Shown: piece by piece, positions 1-12,663 of the stretch | Position numbering within the stretch: the first letter of the stretch is position 1 | Layout of the letters: each line of letters opens with the position of its first letter | DNA from: Candidatus Aminicenantes bacterium | GTDB taxonomy: Bacteria; Acidobacteriota; Aminicenantia; Aminicenantales; Saccharicenantaceae | Assembly: GCA_037447475.1 (NCBI GenBank) | Contig: JBBIGP010000004.1 | Location: 7,713-71,712 of the forward strand | Direction: 5' to 3' | Length of the DNA stretch: 64,000 nucleotides | Notes under the pieces: generated by a model | Told to the model about the DNA's origin: nothing | Database searches by the model: none | The model's input: only the letters and a program-made list of their open reading frames with translations | Position numbers and translations under genes: made by a program

Positions 1-2751
<2,751 letters not shown>

Positions 2752-2918
2752 TTATCATCTTCTATCAGAAAGACCCTGGAAAGTCAATTTGCGGCCGCCC
2801 TGGCGCTTTACAGAAGTCCCTGTTTCCCCTATAATTGGACGCCTTGCCCCCTCCCGGAAGAACGGGGCGAACCCCGTCGAGCTCCGAGAGGGAAGGCTGT
2901 ACGGAGAGGAATTTCGGC

Positions 2919-3161
2919 ATGACGCTCATCGAAGCCCCGCTCGGAACCCCCCTTCGGATCGTCGACCTGGCCGGCGGCGAAGGGATCCGGCGCCGGCTCA
3001 TGGCTTTGGGCTTCCACAAGAACGACATCATCGAGCTCGACGGCCAGGCCATCCTCCGGGGCCCGCTCCTCGTCCGCAACGTCACGACTGACACGAAGGT
3101 CGCGCTCGGCCGGGGGGTCGCCCAGAAGGTCGTTGTCGAAGAGGTTCATGAGCGGTCCTAG
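2919..3161 (+). CDS. feoA: ferrous iron transport protein FeoA (start trimmed to internal ATG with RBS)
   Basis: Small SH3-like FeoA: MTLIEAPLGTPLRIVDLAGGEGIRRRLMALGF...; directly upstream of and overlapping feoB. Confidence 0.8.
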   Translation: MTLIEAPLGTPLRIVDLAGGEGIRRRLMALGFHKNDIIELDGQAILRGPLLVRNVTTDTKVALGRGVAQKVVVEEVHERS

Positions 3162-5079
3162 GGTCCCCGTCGTCGTCTTCATCGGCCAGCCGAACAGCGG
3201 CAAGAGCACCCTGTTCAATTCCATCGCCGGGCACAAGGCCGAAACGTCGAATTTCCCGGGCACGTCCATCCAGCATACCCATAGCCGCGTCAACATCGAG
3301 GGCCGGCTCCTCGACATCGTCGACCTGCCCGGCACCTACACCCTCTGCCCCACGGACCGGGCCGAGCAGGTCGTCCTCTCCCACCTTTTCTCCGAGAAGC
3401 CCGACCTCGTCGTCAACGTCGTCGACGCCTCGACGCTCAGCCGGAGCCTCGAGCTGACGCTCGAGCTCGTCGAGCTCGGGTACCCCCTGGTCGTCGCCCT
3501 CAACATGATGGACCTGGCGGAGAGGAAAGGCATCGAGGTCGACGCCGCGAAGCTCGGGTCCCTCCTCGGCGCGCCGGTCGTCCCGATCATTGCCGCCTTC
3601 GGCCGAGGGATCAGGGAGCTCCTGGAACAGGTTTTCTCGGTCCTGGACGGCGGGCAGCGCCTGCAGGGGATACAGGGGTCCGGGGACGTGGAGGACATGA
3701 TCGCCGAGATGGAAAGGCTTGTCCCCCCGGGCTTTCCCATCGTCGGGAACCGCCGGTTCACGGCCGTCAAGCTCATCGAGGCGGGCGGGATGGCCTGCGG
3801 CGACCTGATCGGCGAGGTCGACCCGGAACTGGCCTCCATTCTGGCCGGCATCCGAAAGGGACTCGAAGAGAGCCGCGGCGCGCCGGCCTACGAGATCATC
3901 TCCGCCGAACGCCACCACCTGGCCATGAAGTTCTTCGAGGAGTCGTGCCGCGTCCTGCGCGGCAGGCGCCTGACCTGGGAGACCAAGGCCGACGCCGTCC
4001 TCATGCATCCCGTCCTCGGCTATCTCATCCTGATCGCCGTGTTCCTGGCGTTCTTCTTCATCATCTTCAAGGTCGGCAACCCCCTCGAGGCCCTTCTCCT
4101 CGGGCCCTTCGAGGGCCTCAAGGACACGCTGGCCTCGCGCCTGGGCGACGGATTGGTTTTCTATCTCGCCGAAGGGCTCGTCCAGGGCGTGGGCGGGGGA
4201 GCGGCCATCGTCCTGCCCTATTTCCTCCCCCTGCTGTTCCTGATGGCCCTGCTCGAGGACCTCGGGTACCTGGCCCGGGCCGGCTTTCTCCTGGACACGT
4301 TCATGCACCGCATCGGGCTGCACGGGAAGTCGGTCTCGCCGTTCATCCTGGGCTTCGGTTGCAACGTCCCGGCCATCGTCTCGACGCGCATCCTCGAGTC
4401 GCACCGGGACCGGGTCCTGACTGCGCTGCTCATCCCGTTCATCCCGTGCGCCGCCCGGACGACGATCATCCTGGCCCTAGTGGCCTCCTATCTGGGCCCG
4501 CTCTGGGCCATGGGCTTCTATGTGGCCAACATCGCCGTCGTCGCCCTGGTCGGGGGCCTCCTCAGCCTGTTCCTCAAGGAGCCCTCGCCAGGGCTCATCC
4601 TGGAGATCCCGTCCCTCAAGGCGCCGCGGCCGGGCTCCGTTCTCCGCAAGACATGGCTCCAGATCCAATCGTTCATCAAATTCGCTTGGCCCATCCTCAT
4701 CGCCGGCAGCCTCGTGCTCAGCCTGATGGGTTTTTTCGGCCTCGACCGGCTGGTCAACGACATCCTCGCCCCTCTCGTTTCCAAGGGCCTGGGCCTGCCC
4801 CGCGAGCTGGGGGTCACCCTCGTTTTCGGCTTCCTGCGCAAGGAGCTGTCGCTCATCATGATGCTCCAGGCCCTGGGCGTGGAATACCAGGACCTGCTCT
4901 CGGCGATCACCCGGGAGCAGATCATCGTCTTCACGGTCTTCATCAGCTTTTTCATCCCCTGCCTGTCCACGTTCGCCATCCTCTGGAAGGAGATCGGGAA
5001 GAGATGGGCCTTCGTTTCGGTCGGCCTGAGCGTGTCCGTGGCTTTGGCACTGAGCTGGCTCGTCCGTTTGGTGATCTGA
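3148..5079 (+). CDS. feoB: ferrous iron transporter FeoB (GTPase + membrane permease)
   Basis: G-domain P-loop GQPNSGKSTLFN, then long polytopic membrane domain with 'Gate' motifs; alternative TTG start at 3133. Confidence 0.92.
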   Translation: MSGPRVPVVVFIGQPNSGKSTLFNSIAGHKAETSNFPGTSIQHTHSRVNIEGRLLDIVDLPGTYTLCPTDRAEQVVLSHLFSEKPDLVVNVVDASTLSRSLELTLELVELGYPLVVALNMMDLAERKGIEVDAAKLGSLLGAPVVPIIAAFGRGIRELLEQVFSVLDGGQRLQGIQGSGDVEDMIAEMERLVPPGFPIVGNRRFTAVKLIEAGGMACGDLIGEVDPELASILAGIRKGLEESRGAPAYEIISAERHHLAMKFFEESCRVLRGRRLTWETKADAVLMHPVLGYLILIAVFLAFFFIIFKVGNPLEALLLGPFEGLKDTLASRLGDGLVFYLAEGLVQGVGGGAAIVLPYFLPLLFLMALLEDLGYLARAGFLLDTFMHRIGLHGKSVSPFILGFGCNVPAIVSTRILESHRDRVLTALLIPFIPCAARTTIILALVASYLGPLWAMGFYVANIAVVALVGGLLSLFLKEPSPGLILEIPSLKAPRPGSVLRKTWLQIQSFIKFAWPILIAGSLVLSLMGFFGLDRLVNDILAPLVSKGLGLPRELGVTLVFGFLRKELSLIMMLQALGVEYQDLLSAITREQIIVFTVFISFFIPCLSTFAILWKEIGKRWAFVSVGLSVSVALALSWLVRLVI

Positions 5080-5101
5080 TGCGGCGGAAGGAAAGGACCC
5101 C

Positions 5102-7231
5102 ATGAACCACAGCGCCCCCGTCCCCGAACGCATCGGCCGCTTGGCCGAGCTCGCCGACAATCTCTGGTGGAGCTGGCATCCTCCGGCGAGGGCGCTCTTC
5201 AAGGCCGTCAGCCTGCCGCTCTGGCGGGCAACGCTGCACAATCCCGTCCGGATCCTCCAGACGGTCAGTCCGGAGCGCCTGGACGCCTTGTCCCGGGACC
5301 CGCGGTTCCTCGACCTCTATGACCGGGTCATGACGGCCTTCGACACCGAGCTGAAGAACGGCCATCTCTGGTTCCCGAAAAACCATTCCGAGCTGCGGGA
5401 TCCCGTGGCCTATTTCTCGGCGGAGTTCGGTCTTCACAGCTCCCTGCCGATCTATTCCGGGGGGCTCGGCGTCCTCTCCGGGGACCACTGCAAGGAGGCC
5501 GGCGATCTCGGGCTGCCGCTCGTCGGCGTGGGCTTCATCTATCCGCAGGGCTATTTCCGGCAGATCATGCCGCCCGACGGCTGGCAGCAGGCCGTCTATG
5601 ACACCCTGAATTATGATCATGTCCCCCTCCACCTCGTGACGGGAGCGGACGGCAAGAGGCTGCTCGTCGAAGTGACGCTCAAGGCCGTCCCCATCTACGT
5701 CCAGGTCTGGCGGGTCAACGCCGGCCGGGTCCCCATTTTTCTGATGGACACGAACATCGACCGCAACGCCCCCTGGGACCGGGACCTGACGGCGCGGCTC
5801 TACGGCGGCGACCAGGAGGTCCGCGTCCGCCAGGAGATGGTCCTCGGCCTCGGCGGGGTCCGGGTCCTGCGGGCCCTGGGCATCGATCCGGCCGCCTGGC
5901 ACATGAACGAGGGCCATTCGGCGTTCCTGCTCCTCGAGCGTCTTCGCGAGGCGACCCACAGGGGCCTTCTGTGGGAGCAGGCCATCGACGAAGTCCGGAG
6001 AGCGACCGTCTTCACGACCCACACGCCCGTTCCGGCCGGCCACGACGCTTTCCCGTTCCACCTCATCGACGAATATTTCGGCCGGTTCTGGCAGGACATG
6101 GGCATCAGCCGGGAACAGTTCCTGGCCCTCGGCGAGTTCGACGGCCGGTTCAACATGACCGTGCTGGCCCTGCGCCTGGCCGGACGGTCGAACGGCGTCA
6201 GCCGGCTCCATGGCGAGGTCTCGCGGCGGATGTGGCAGCCCGTCTGGCCCGACAGGCGGCCGGAGGACGTGCCCATCGGGGCCATCACCAACGGCGTCCA
6301 CGCCCCGGGCTGGATCGCGTCGTCCCTGAAATCGGTCTTCGCGGAGCGCTTGGGAGGCGACTGGCTCGACCGCCACGACGATCCGGCCCTCTGGGACAGG
6401 ATCGACGACGTCCCCGACGAGGTCCTATGGGCGGCCCACATGGACCTGAAGGCCAAGCTGTTGGCCAGGATCCACGACCGTTCCCGGCAGCGTTGGACGT
6501 CCGGCTCCATGGACGCCAGCCAGATCATGCCGTCGGGGGCCCTGCTCGACCCCGACGCCCTGACCATCGGCTTCGCCCGGCGATTCGCCACCTACAAGCG
6601 GGCGACGCTCGTGTTCCACGACGAGCGCAGACTGAACCGCATCCTCCAGTCCGAGAGCCGGCCCGTCCAGATCATCTTCACCGGCAAGGCCCACCCCGCG
6701 GACGGCCAAGGCAAGGAGTTCATCCAGAAGGTCTATCACTATGCCCAGTCCACGGAGTTCGGCGGGAGGATCGCCTTCTTGGAGGACTACAACTTGCACA
6801 TCGCCCACTTCCTCGTCCAGGGCGTGGACCTCTGGCTCAACACGCCCCGGCGGCCCAACGAGGCCAGCGGGACGAGCGGCATGAAGGCGGCCATGAACGG
6901 GGTCCCGAACCTGAGCGTCCTCGACGGATGGTGGGCGGAATCCCACCGGCCCGCGGCGGAAGGGCGGGCGGCCAACGGCTGGGCCTTCGGCGAGGCCGAA
7001 TACGGCGACTGGGACACCCAGGACGAGATGGACAGCCAGGCCCTCTACCGCCTCCTCGAGGAGGAGATCGTCCCGCTCTATTACGACCGCGGCGCCGACG
7101 GCATCCCGAGAGGCTGGATCAAGGTCATGAAGGAGGCCATGAGGACCAGCCTGGCCGCCTTCTCCATGCGCCGCATGGTCAAGGAGTACATCGAGCGGAT
7201 GTATCTGCCGGCCATGCGCCGCGAGGGTTGA
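5102..7231 (+). CDS. glgP: alpha-glucan (glycogen/maltodextrin) phosphorylase, GT35 'alpha-glucan phosphorylase' subfamily
   Basis: 709 aa; N-terminal LAELADNLWWSWHP signature of the short bacterial/archaeal alpha-glucan phosphorylase family; PLP-lysine region ...FTGKAHPADGQGKEFIQ...SGTSGMKAAMNG. Confidence 0.85.
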   Translation: MNHSAPVPERIGRLAELADNLWWSWHPPARALFKAVSLPLWRATLHNPVRILQTVSPERLDALSRDPRFLDLYDRVMTAFDTELKNGHLWFPKNHSELRDPVAYFSAEFGLHSSLPIYSGGLGVLSGDHCKEAGDLGLPLVGVGFIYPQGYFRQIMPPDGWQQAVYDTLNYDHVPLHLVTGADGKRLLVEVTLKAVPIYVQVWRVNAGRVPIFLMDTNIDRNAPWDRDLTARLYGGDQEVRVRQEMVLGLGGVRVLRALGIDPAAWHMNEGHSAFLLLERLREATHRGLLWEQAIDEVRRATVFTTHTPVPAGHDAFPFHLIDEYFGRFWQDMGISREQFLALGEFDGRFNMTVLALRLAGRSNGVSRLHGEVSRRMWQPVWPDRRPEDVPIGAITNGVHAPGWIASSLKSVFAERLGGDWLDRHDDPALWDRIDDVPDEVLWAAHMDLKAKLLARIHDRSRQRWTSGSMDASQIMPSGALLDPDALTIGFARRFATYKRATLVFHDERRLNRILQSESRPVQIIFTGKAHPADGQGKEFIQKVYHYAQSTEFGGRIAFLEDYNLHIAHFLVQGVDLWLNTPRRPNEASGTSGMKAAMNGVPNLSVLDGWWAESHRPAAEGRAANGWAFGEAEYGDWDTQDEMDSQALYRLLEEEIVPLYYDRGADGIPRGWIKVMKEAMRTSLAAFSMRRMVKEYIERMYLPAMRREG

Positions 7232-7304
7232 GGCCGGGCAGGCTCATAGAGGGGATATCTATCGAGATCGCGGGGGCATATCTGCCCGGAATCGGCAAAG
7301 GGAG

Positions 7305-9095
7305 CTATTTCTTATTGAGGTTCTCCCGAACCTTGGCGGCGGCCGTTCGGCCGACGATCCTCTCCAGATCGGGGACCGGGGCGGCTTGGACCGCCTCGAG
7401 ACTCCCGTAGCGCGCCAACAGAGCGGCCTTTTTCTTGGGCCCGAGGCCGGGGATCCCATCGAGCTCCGAGGCGAAGCTGCGCTTTTCTCGCCGGCCCCGG
7501 TGGTAGGAGATCGCAAATCGGTGGGCCTCGTCCCGGACGGCCTGGACGAGCTTGAGGGCCGCCGACGTCCGCGGCAGACGGAGACCTTGCGGCGCCCCGG
7601 CGGTGAAGAGGATCTCCTCGCGCTTGGCGATCGAGACGAGCGGAAGGTCTTCGAGGCCGAGGCCGGAGAGGGCCTTGCGGGCGGCCGAGAGCTGGGGCCT
7701 GCCGCCGTCGACCATGACCAGGTCGGGGAGGGGCCCCCGCTCCTCGAGGACCCGGCGGTACCGCCGGATGATGACCTCCTCGAGGCTGGCGACGTCGTTG
7801 GGGCCCTCGACCGTCCGGACCCGATATTTCCTGTAGGCGTCCTTGTCGGGCCGGCCGTCCCGGAAGACGACCAGCGAGCTGACCGGTTCCTCGCCGCCCG
7901 TGTTCGAGACGTCGAAGCCTTCGATCGTCCGCGGCGGTCTTTCCAGGCCGAGCGCCTGTTGCAGGGCTTCGAGAGGGCCCGGCCCCGGGGCCGTCTTGTG
8001 AAGGTGGGCCTCGGCGTTGCGGGCGGCCAGGGCCACGAGCTTGAGGTCCCGGCCGCCCCGGGGGACGTGAAGGGGTGAGCGGCGCCCGGTCCGCCCGCCG
8101 AGGACGGTCTCGAGGGCTTCGGCGTTCGTCGGCCGGAAGGGGAGCAACAGGCGCGGCGGGATCTCGCGGTCCGAAGGGCTCCCGTAGAATCCGGCAAGGA
8201 GCTTGCCCAGGACATCGGCGTCCGGCACCCCGGCGGGAGCCTCGATGAGGGCCGCCTCGGAGCTGCGGATCTTGCCCCGGCGCATGAAGAAGACGTGGAC
8301 GGCGGCCCGGTCCCCCTCCCGGGCGAATCCGGCCGCGTCCTGGTCCTCGAGGGCCACGGAGATCGACCGGGGCCGGTCCCGCATGTCCTCGACGGTCCGC
8401 AGGACGTCGCGCCAGCGGGCCGCCTCCTCGAACCTCTGCTCCCGGGCCGCCCCTTCCATCCGCTCGCGAAGGGTTCTTGCCAGCTCGGGCATGCGGCCTT
8501 CGAGAAAAAGGCATGCGGCCTCGACGTCGCGGCGGTAACCCTCTTCGGAGATGAATCCCACGCAGGGGGCCGAGCAGAGCTTCAGCTCATATTCGAGACA
8601 GGGTCGCTTCCGTCCCCGGAACACGGCATTCTCGCATCCCCGGACGCCGAAGAGCTTGTTGACGAGGTGGATTGACGTCCGGGCCCGGCGGGCGGGGCTG
8701 AACGGGCCGAAGTAGCGGGACGCGTCGCGCTCGACCCGGCGGCTCGAATAGACGCCGGGGAACATCTCGCCGGCCGTCACTTTGAGGCAGGGGAAGCTCT
8801 TGTCGTCCTTGAGCCGGAGGTTGAAGCGCGGCTGGTGGCGCTGGACGTAGTTGTTCTCGAGGAAGGCCGCCTCCTTCTCGGAGCCCGCCAGGACATAGTC
8901 GATGGACGCCGTCTCCCGGAGGATCGCCCGGACCTTGACGTCGGGGTCCGGCAGGAAGTACGACCGGACGCGGTCGCGCAGGGAGCGGGCCTTGCCGATG
9001 TAGACGACCTCGCCGGCGGCGTTCTTGAAGAAGTAGATCCCGGGCTTGGCCGGCATCTCCGCGGCCCGGGCCTTGAGGCGGTCGTCGGCGCTCAT
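7305..9095 (-). CDS. uvrC: excinuclease ABC subunit C
   Basis: 596 aa; GIY-YIG N-terminus (PGIYFFKNAAGEVVYIGKARSLRDR), UvrBC-binding and C-terminal HhH; adjacent to uvrB. Confidence 0.93.
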   Translation of the reverse strand: MSADDRLKARAAEMPAKPGIYFFKNAAGEVVYIGKARSLRDRVRSYFLPDPDVKVRAILRETASIDYVLAGSEKEAAFLENNYVQRHQPRFNLRLKDDKSFPCLKVTAGEMFPGVYSSRRVERDASRYFGPFSPARRARTSIHLVNKLFGVRGCENAVFRGRKRPCLEYELKLCSAPCVGFISEEGYRRDVEAACLFLEGRMPELARTLRERMEGAAREQRFEEAARWRDVLRTVEDMRDRPRSISVALEDQDAAGFAREGDRAAVHVFFMRRGKIRSSEAALIEAPAGVPDADVLGKLLAGFYGSPSDREIPPRLLLPFRPTNAEALETVLGGRTGRRSPLHVPRGGRDLKLVALAARNAEAHLHKTAPGPGPLEALQQALGLERPPRTIEGFDVSNTGGEEPVSSLVVFRDGRPDKDAYRKYRVRTVEGPNDVASLEEVIIRRYRRVLEERGPLPDLVMVDGGRPQLSAARKALSGLGLEDLPLVSIAKREEILFTAGAPQGLRLPRTSAALKLVQAVRDEAHRFAISYHRGRREKRSFASELDGIPGLGPKKKAALLARYGSLEAVQAAPVPDLERIVGRTAAAKVRENLNKK

Positions 9096-9096
9096 G

Positions 9097-11088
9097 TCAC
9101 AGGTCCAGCTCGAGCTCGCGCTTCTTGAGGCGGGTCAGCTCGTCGCGGTAGCCGGCGGCCTTCTCGAACTCGAGGGCCCGGGCCGCCTCCTTCATGAGCT
9201 TTTCGAGCTCCTCCATCCGTTTCTTGCGCTTCTGCGGCGACAGGTAGATCTCCTTGTCCTCGGCGACCCGGGTGTAGTCGAGGTAATCGCGCTCGTAGAC
9301 GCTGGACAGGACGGCGTCGATGCCCTTGACGATGCTCTGGGGCGTGATCCCGCGGGCCGCGTTGTAGTCCCGCTGGAGGAGGCGGCGCCGGTCGGTCTCG
9401 TCGATGGCCGCCCTCATCGAATCGGTCACCGTGTCGGCGTAGAGGATGACCCGGCCGGCGACGTGGCGGGCCGCCCGGCCGAAGGTCTGGACGAGGGCGG
9501 TCGCCGAGCGGAGGAAGCCCTCCTTGTCGGCGTCGAGGATGGCGACCAGGGAGACCTCGGGCAGGTCCAGGCCCTCGCGGAGAAGATTGATGCCGATGAG
9601 GGCGTCGAACTCCCCCTTGCGGAGGTCGCGGAGGACCTTGACCCTGTCCAGGGTCTCGACCTCGGAATGGAGGTAGCGGACGCGCAGGCCGAGCTCGTGA
9701 TAGTGGCGGGCCAGGTCCTCGGCCATCTTCTTGGTCAGGGTCGTGACCAGGACCCGCTCGTTGCGGGCGGCCCGGGCCCGGATCTCGCCCATGAGATCGT
9801 CCACCTGGCCTTTGACGGGCCGGACCTCAAGCTCGGGGTCGGTCAGGCCGGTCGGCCGGATGATCTGCTCCACGACGCGGTCCGGGGCCTTCGCGAGCTC
9901 GTAGGGGCCGGGCGTCGCCGAGACATACAAGACCTGGCCGACGCGCCCTTCGAACTCGTCGAAGTTCAGAGGCCGGTTGTCGAGGGCCGACGGGAGCCGG
10001 AAGCCGTGTTCGACGAGGGTCGTCTTCCGGGAGCGGTCGCCGGAGTACATGCCGCCGATCTGGGGGACGGTGACGTGGGATTCGTCGATGATCGTCAGGA
10101 AGTCCCCGGGGAAATAGTCGAGGAGAACGGCGGGCGGCTCGCCGGGCCGGCGGCCGCTGAGATGCCGGGAGTAGTTCTCGATGCCCGGGCAGTATCCGAA
10201 CTCGCGGAGCATGTCGAGGTCGTAGAGGGTCCGTTCCTCGATGCGCTCGGCCTCGACGGCTTGCCCGCGGCGCAGGAAGTGCGCGACGCGCTCGGCCAGT
10301 TCCGCCTCGATCCCGGCGACGGCGGCGCGGAGGACGTCGGGGGGGGTCGAGAAGAACGTCCGGGGGTGGATCATGACCGACTCGAGGGACTTGAGCGTCG
10401 TGCCGAGCAGGGGATCGACGAACGAGAGGGCCCGGATCGCCCCGTCCTCGAGCTCGATGCGGATGGCCGAGTTCTCGTAGCTCGGGAAGACCTCGACGAT
10501 GTCGCCCCGGACGCGGAAGCTGCCGCGCTTGAAGTCGCCCTCCTGGCGCTCGTACTGGACGGCGACGAGCTTGTCGAGCAGGGCCTTGCGGGTCGTGGGC
10601 CGGCCGACGGCCAGGCTGAAGCTCATCGAGTAGTAGGTCTCGGGGGCCCCGATCCCGTAGATGCAGGAGACCGAAGCGACGACGATGACGTCGCGGCGGG
10701 CGAAAAGGGAGTTCGTGGCGCAGAGGCGGAGACGGTCGATCTCGTCGTTGATGGTCGCTTCTTTGGCGATGTAGACGTTCGAGGCGGGGATGTAGGCCTC
10801 GGGCTGATAATAATCATAGTAGCTGACGAAATACTCGACGGCGTTCTGGGGGAAGAAGCGCCGGAACTCCTGGTAGAGCTGGGCGGCCAGGGTCTTGTTG
10901 TGGGAGATGACCAGGACGGGGCGGCCGACGCGCCCGATGATGTTGGCCATCGTGAAGGTCTTGCCGGATCCGGTCACGCCCTTGAGGACCTGGTGGCGTT
11001 CGCCCTTCTCGAGTCCCTCGGTCAGGCGGTCGATGGCCCGGACCTGGTCGCCCTTGGGTTCGAACTCGGAGCGTAACGTGAAATTCAT
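9097..11088 (-). CDS. uvrB: excinuclease ABC subunit B (start trimmed to Met63 of ORF = [15 protein letters not shown])
   Basis: [14 protein letters not shown] Walker [33 protein letters not shown], helicase C domain and C-terminal UvrB/UvrC interaction coiled coil ...[18 protein letters not shown]. Confidence 0.95.
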   Translation of the reverse strand: MNFTLRSEFEPKGDQVRAIDRLTEGLEKGERHQVLKGVTGSGKTFTMANIIGRVGRPVLVISHNKTLAAQLYQEFRRFFPQNAVEYFVSYYDYYQPEAYIPASNVYIAKEATINDEIDRLRLCATNSLFARRDVIVVASVSCIYGIGAPETYYSMSFSLAVGRPTTRKALLDKLVAVQYERQEGDFKRGSFRVRGDIVEVFPSYENSAIRIELEDGAIRALSFVDPLLGTTLKSLESVMIHPRTFFSTPPDVLRAAVAGIEAELAERVAHFLRRGQAVEAERIEERTLYDLDMLREFGYCPGIENYSRHLSGRRPGEPPAVLLDYFPGDFLTIIDESHVTVPQIGGMYSGDRSRKTTLVEHGFRLPSALDNRPLNFDEFEGRVGQVLYVSATPGPYELAKAPDRVVEQIIRPTGLTDPELEVRPVKGQVDDLMGEIRARAARNERVLVTTLTKKMAEDLARHYHELGLRVRYLHSEVETLDRVKVLRDLRKGEFDALIGINLLREGLDLPEVSLVAILDADKEGFLRSATALVQTFGRAARHVAGRVILYADTVTDSMRAAIDETDRRRLLQRDYNAARGITPQSIVKGIDAVLSSVYERDYLDYTRVAEDKEIYLSPQKRKKRMEELEKLMKEAARALEFEKAAGYRDELTRLKKRELELDL

Positions 11089-11146
11089 GGCCGCCGACAG
11101 CGGGTCAAGCCTTCGTCCTTTCCGGCCTTCCGACGGATCTCGAGGC

Positions 11147-11527
11147 CTAGGACTTGGCTCCCGTCCGGATGCCGCCCTTGAATCGGGCTCCGTCCGCGAC
11201 CGTGATCTTCGGGGCGGCGACATCGCCGTCCATCCGGGCGGTATCGAAGATCTGGACGCGTTCGCCGGCGTCAACGTTGCCCGCGAGCTCCCCGTGAAGG
11301 ACGAGGGTCCGGACCTTGATCTCGCCCTCGGCGCGGGCCCCCTTGGCGACGGTCAATGTCCCGGACGGGAGCGTGATCGTTCCTTTGAGCCGGCCTTCGA
11401 TGAGGACGTCCTCGTGGGCCTCGAGATCCCCTTGGACGACGACGCTCGGCCCCAGGCGCGTGGCGCCGGGACGCCCGGTCCGTTCCGAGGATGAGTTCTG
11501 GGCCTGGCTGGCTTTTTCGTCCGACAT
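11147..11527 (-). CDS. bactofilin-family cytoskeletal protein (DUF583)
   Basis: 126 aa, beta-helical repeat pattern ...[66 protein letters not shown]... with N-terminal disordered tail. Confidence 0.75.
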   Translation of the reverse strand: MSDEKASQAQNSSSERTGRPGATRLGPSVVVQGDLEAHEDVLIEGRLKGTITLPSGTLTVAKGARAEGEIKVRTLVLHGELAGNVDAGERVQIFDTARMDGDVAAPKITVADGARFKGGIRTGAKS

Positions 11528-11646
11528 GGGTGGTCCTCCCGTCTGGCCGGTCTGAACGGTCCACTGCGATTATAGGGGGGCCTCCGGAGCCTGTCAACGC
11601 TGCTTTGAAACGCCCGGGAAATGTGCTAGAATGCGGCTTTCCGTGA

Positions 11647-11721
11647 GCGGGCATAGCTCAATGGTAGAGTACCGGCTTCCCAAGCCGGGTGTTGTGGGTT
11701 CGAGTCCCATTGCCCGCTCCA
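11647..11721 (+). tRNA. tRNA-Gly (anticodon CCC), CCA encoded
   Basis: gcgggcatagctcaatggtagagtaccggcttCCCaagccgggtgttgtgggttcgagtcccattgcccgctcca: 7-bp acceptor, D-arm, anticodon loop ttCCCaa, T-arm GGTTCGAGTCC; coordinates read by hand, +/-2 nt. Confidence 0.85.
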
Positions 11722-11729
11722 TTTTTTTA

Positions 11730-11819
11730 GAGGGGGTCAAATCTCCACTTATTAAATTTTGGACGGCGCGTCGACCATGAACGAAAAATTCGATAATAAG
11801 TGGAGATTTGACCCCCTCT
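11730..11819. repeat. AT-rich ~90 bp palindromic element, copy A (30-bp inverted arms gagggggtcaaatctccacttattaaatttt around 24-bp spacer)
   Basis: Left arm at 11730-11760 is the near-perfect reverse complement of 11785-11819. Second copy at 46834-46921. Sits between tRNA-Gly 3' end (preceded by T7 run) and the LipB-like gene start. Confidence 0.8.
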
Positions 11820-11863
11820 GGTCTTTGATCGTTGAGCCGGAACCCCTCCCCGGGGCCCGGAAC

Positions 11864-12613
11864 ATGGCCGTCGACGAGCATCTTTTCTTCTTGGCTCAGG
11901 CCCGGCCGCGAACTTTCCTGCGCTTCTACCGCTGGGAGCGGCCGACGGTCTCCCTCGGCTTTTCCCAAGAGGCGGACAGAGTCGCCGACCTCGATTTCTG
12001 CCGGAGGAACGGCATCGATGTCGTCCGGAGGCTGACCGGCGGCAAGCTCGTCCTCCATCACCGAGAGGTGACCTACTCCGTCGCCTCTTCGGACACCGCC
12101 CGCTTTCGCGAGACGGTGCGCGACTCCTACCGGCTCATCTCCCGGGCCCTGCTCGCGGGTCTCGAGCTCCTGGGAATCCCCTCCCGGATGGCCGGCCCGG
12201 CCCCGCCGTCCTACGCCCGGGGGACCATGCCCTGTTTCGCCCACGCGGCCCGCGATGAGATCGAGAGCGGCGGCCGCAAGATCATCGGAAGCGCCCAGAA
12301 AAGGCTCGGGCCGGCCTTTCTCCAGCACGGATCCATCCCCCTCGAGGACGACACCGCCCTCCTGGCGGCCGTGTCGCGTCCCGGCGGAGCGGGGCCCGGC
12401 GGAGGAATGACCTCCCTCTCCGAGGCCGCCGGCCGCCCCGTCGATTTCGCCGCCGCCGTGTCCGCCCTGTCCCGTGGCTTCGCCGATTCTTTCGGGGTGG
12501 AGCTCGTCCCGTTCGCCCTCGGTCTTGCCGACGAGAGCGCCGTCTCCGCCCTCCGATCCGCCAGATACGGCGACGAGGCCTGGACCCTGCGCCGCCCGCC
12601 CGGGCCTCGTTGA
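11864..12613 (+). CDS. lipoate-protein ligase/octanoyltransferase family protein (BPL/LPL catalytic domain)
   Basis: Trimmed to MAVDEHLFFLAQARPRTFLRFYRWERPTVSLGFSQ...RRNGIDVVRRLTGGKLVLHHREVTYSVA; typical LipB/LplA core with conserved Lys in ...GRKIIGSAQKRL... Confidence 0.7.
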   Translation: MAVDEHLFFLAQARPRTFLRFYRWERPTVSLGFSQEADRVADLDFCRRNGIDVVRRLTGGKLVLHHREVTYSVASSDTARFRETVRDSYRLISRALLAGLELLGIPSRMAGPAPPSYARGTMPCFAHAARDEIESGGRKIIGSAQKRLGPAFLQHGSIPLEDDTALLAAVSRPGGAGPGGGMTSLSEAAGRPVDFAAAVSALSRGFADSFGVELVPFALGLADESAVSALRSARYGDEAWTLRRPPGPR

Positions 12614-12663
12614 CTTTTCTTTCGGGGCGGTGTTACACTTCCCTCCGGAGCGAAGACGGTCCC

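Noticed and set aside
7231-7305. Possible bidirectional terminator hairpin (ccgggcag...ctgcccgg) between convergent glgP and uvrC
   Set aside because: Stem is only 8 bp with a ~40-nt loop and no flanking T/A tracts; too weak to call.
3945-7410. Long alternative-frame ORFs inside feoB and glgP (3945-5105, 5971-7410, 4952-6376 minus)
   Set aside because: Arg/Pro/Gly-rich out-of-frame products overlapping genes with clear homology; artefact of high GC third-position bias.
9046-11076. 676-aa plus-strand ORF antisense to uvrB
   Set aside because: Same reasoning: opposite strand of a highly conserved UvrB frame, low-complexity Gly/Asp/Val/Leu translation.
11722-11830. Interpretation of the palindromic element as the rho-independent terminator of tRNA-Gly
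   Set aside because: The T-run precedes rather than follows the hairpin on the plus strand, and the reverse strand has an A-run after the stem; the stem is AT-rich and 30 bp long, unlike intrinsic terminators.
11600-11900. Possible integrative element at tRNA-Gly
   Set aside because: No integrase, excisionase, transposase or phage-like gene within 10 kb on either side; flanking genes (uvrB/bactofilin and lipoate ligase) are core housekeeping; only the short palindromic repeat is present.
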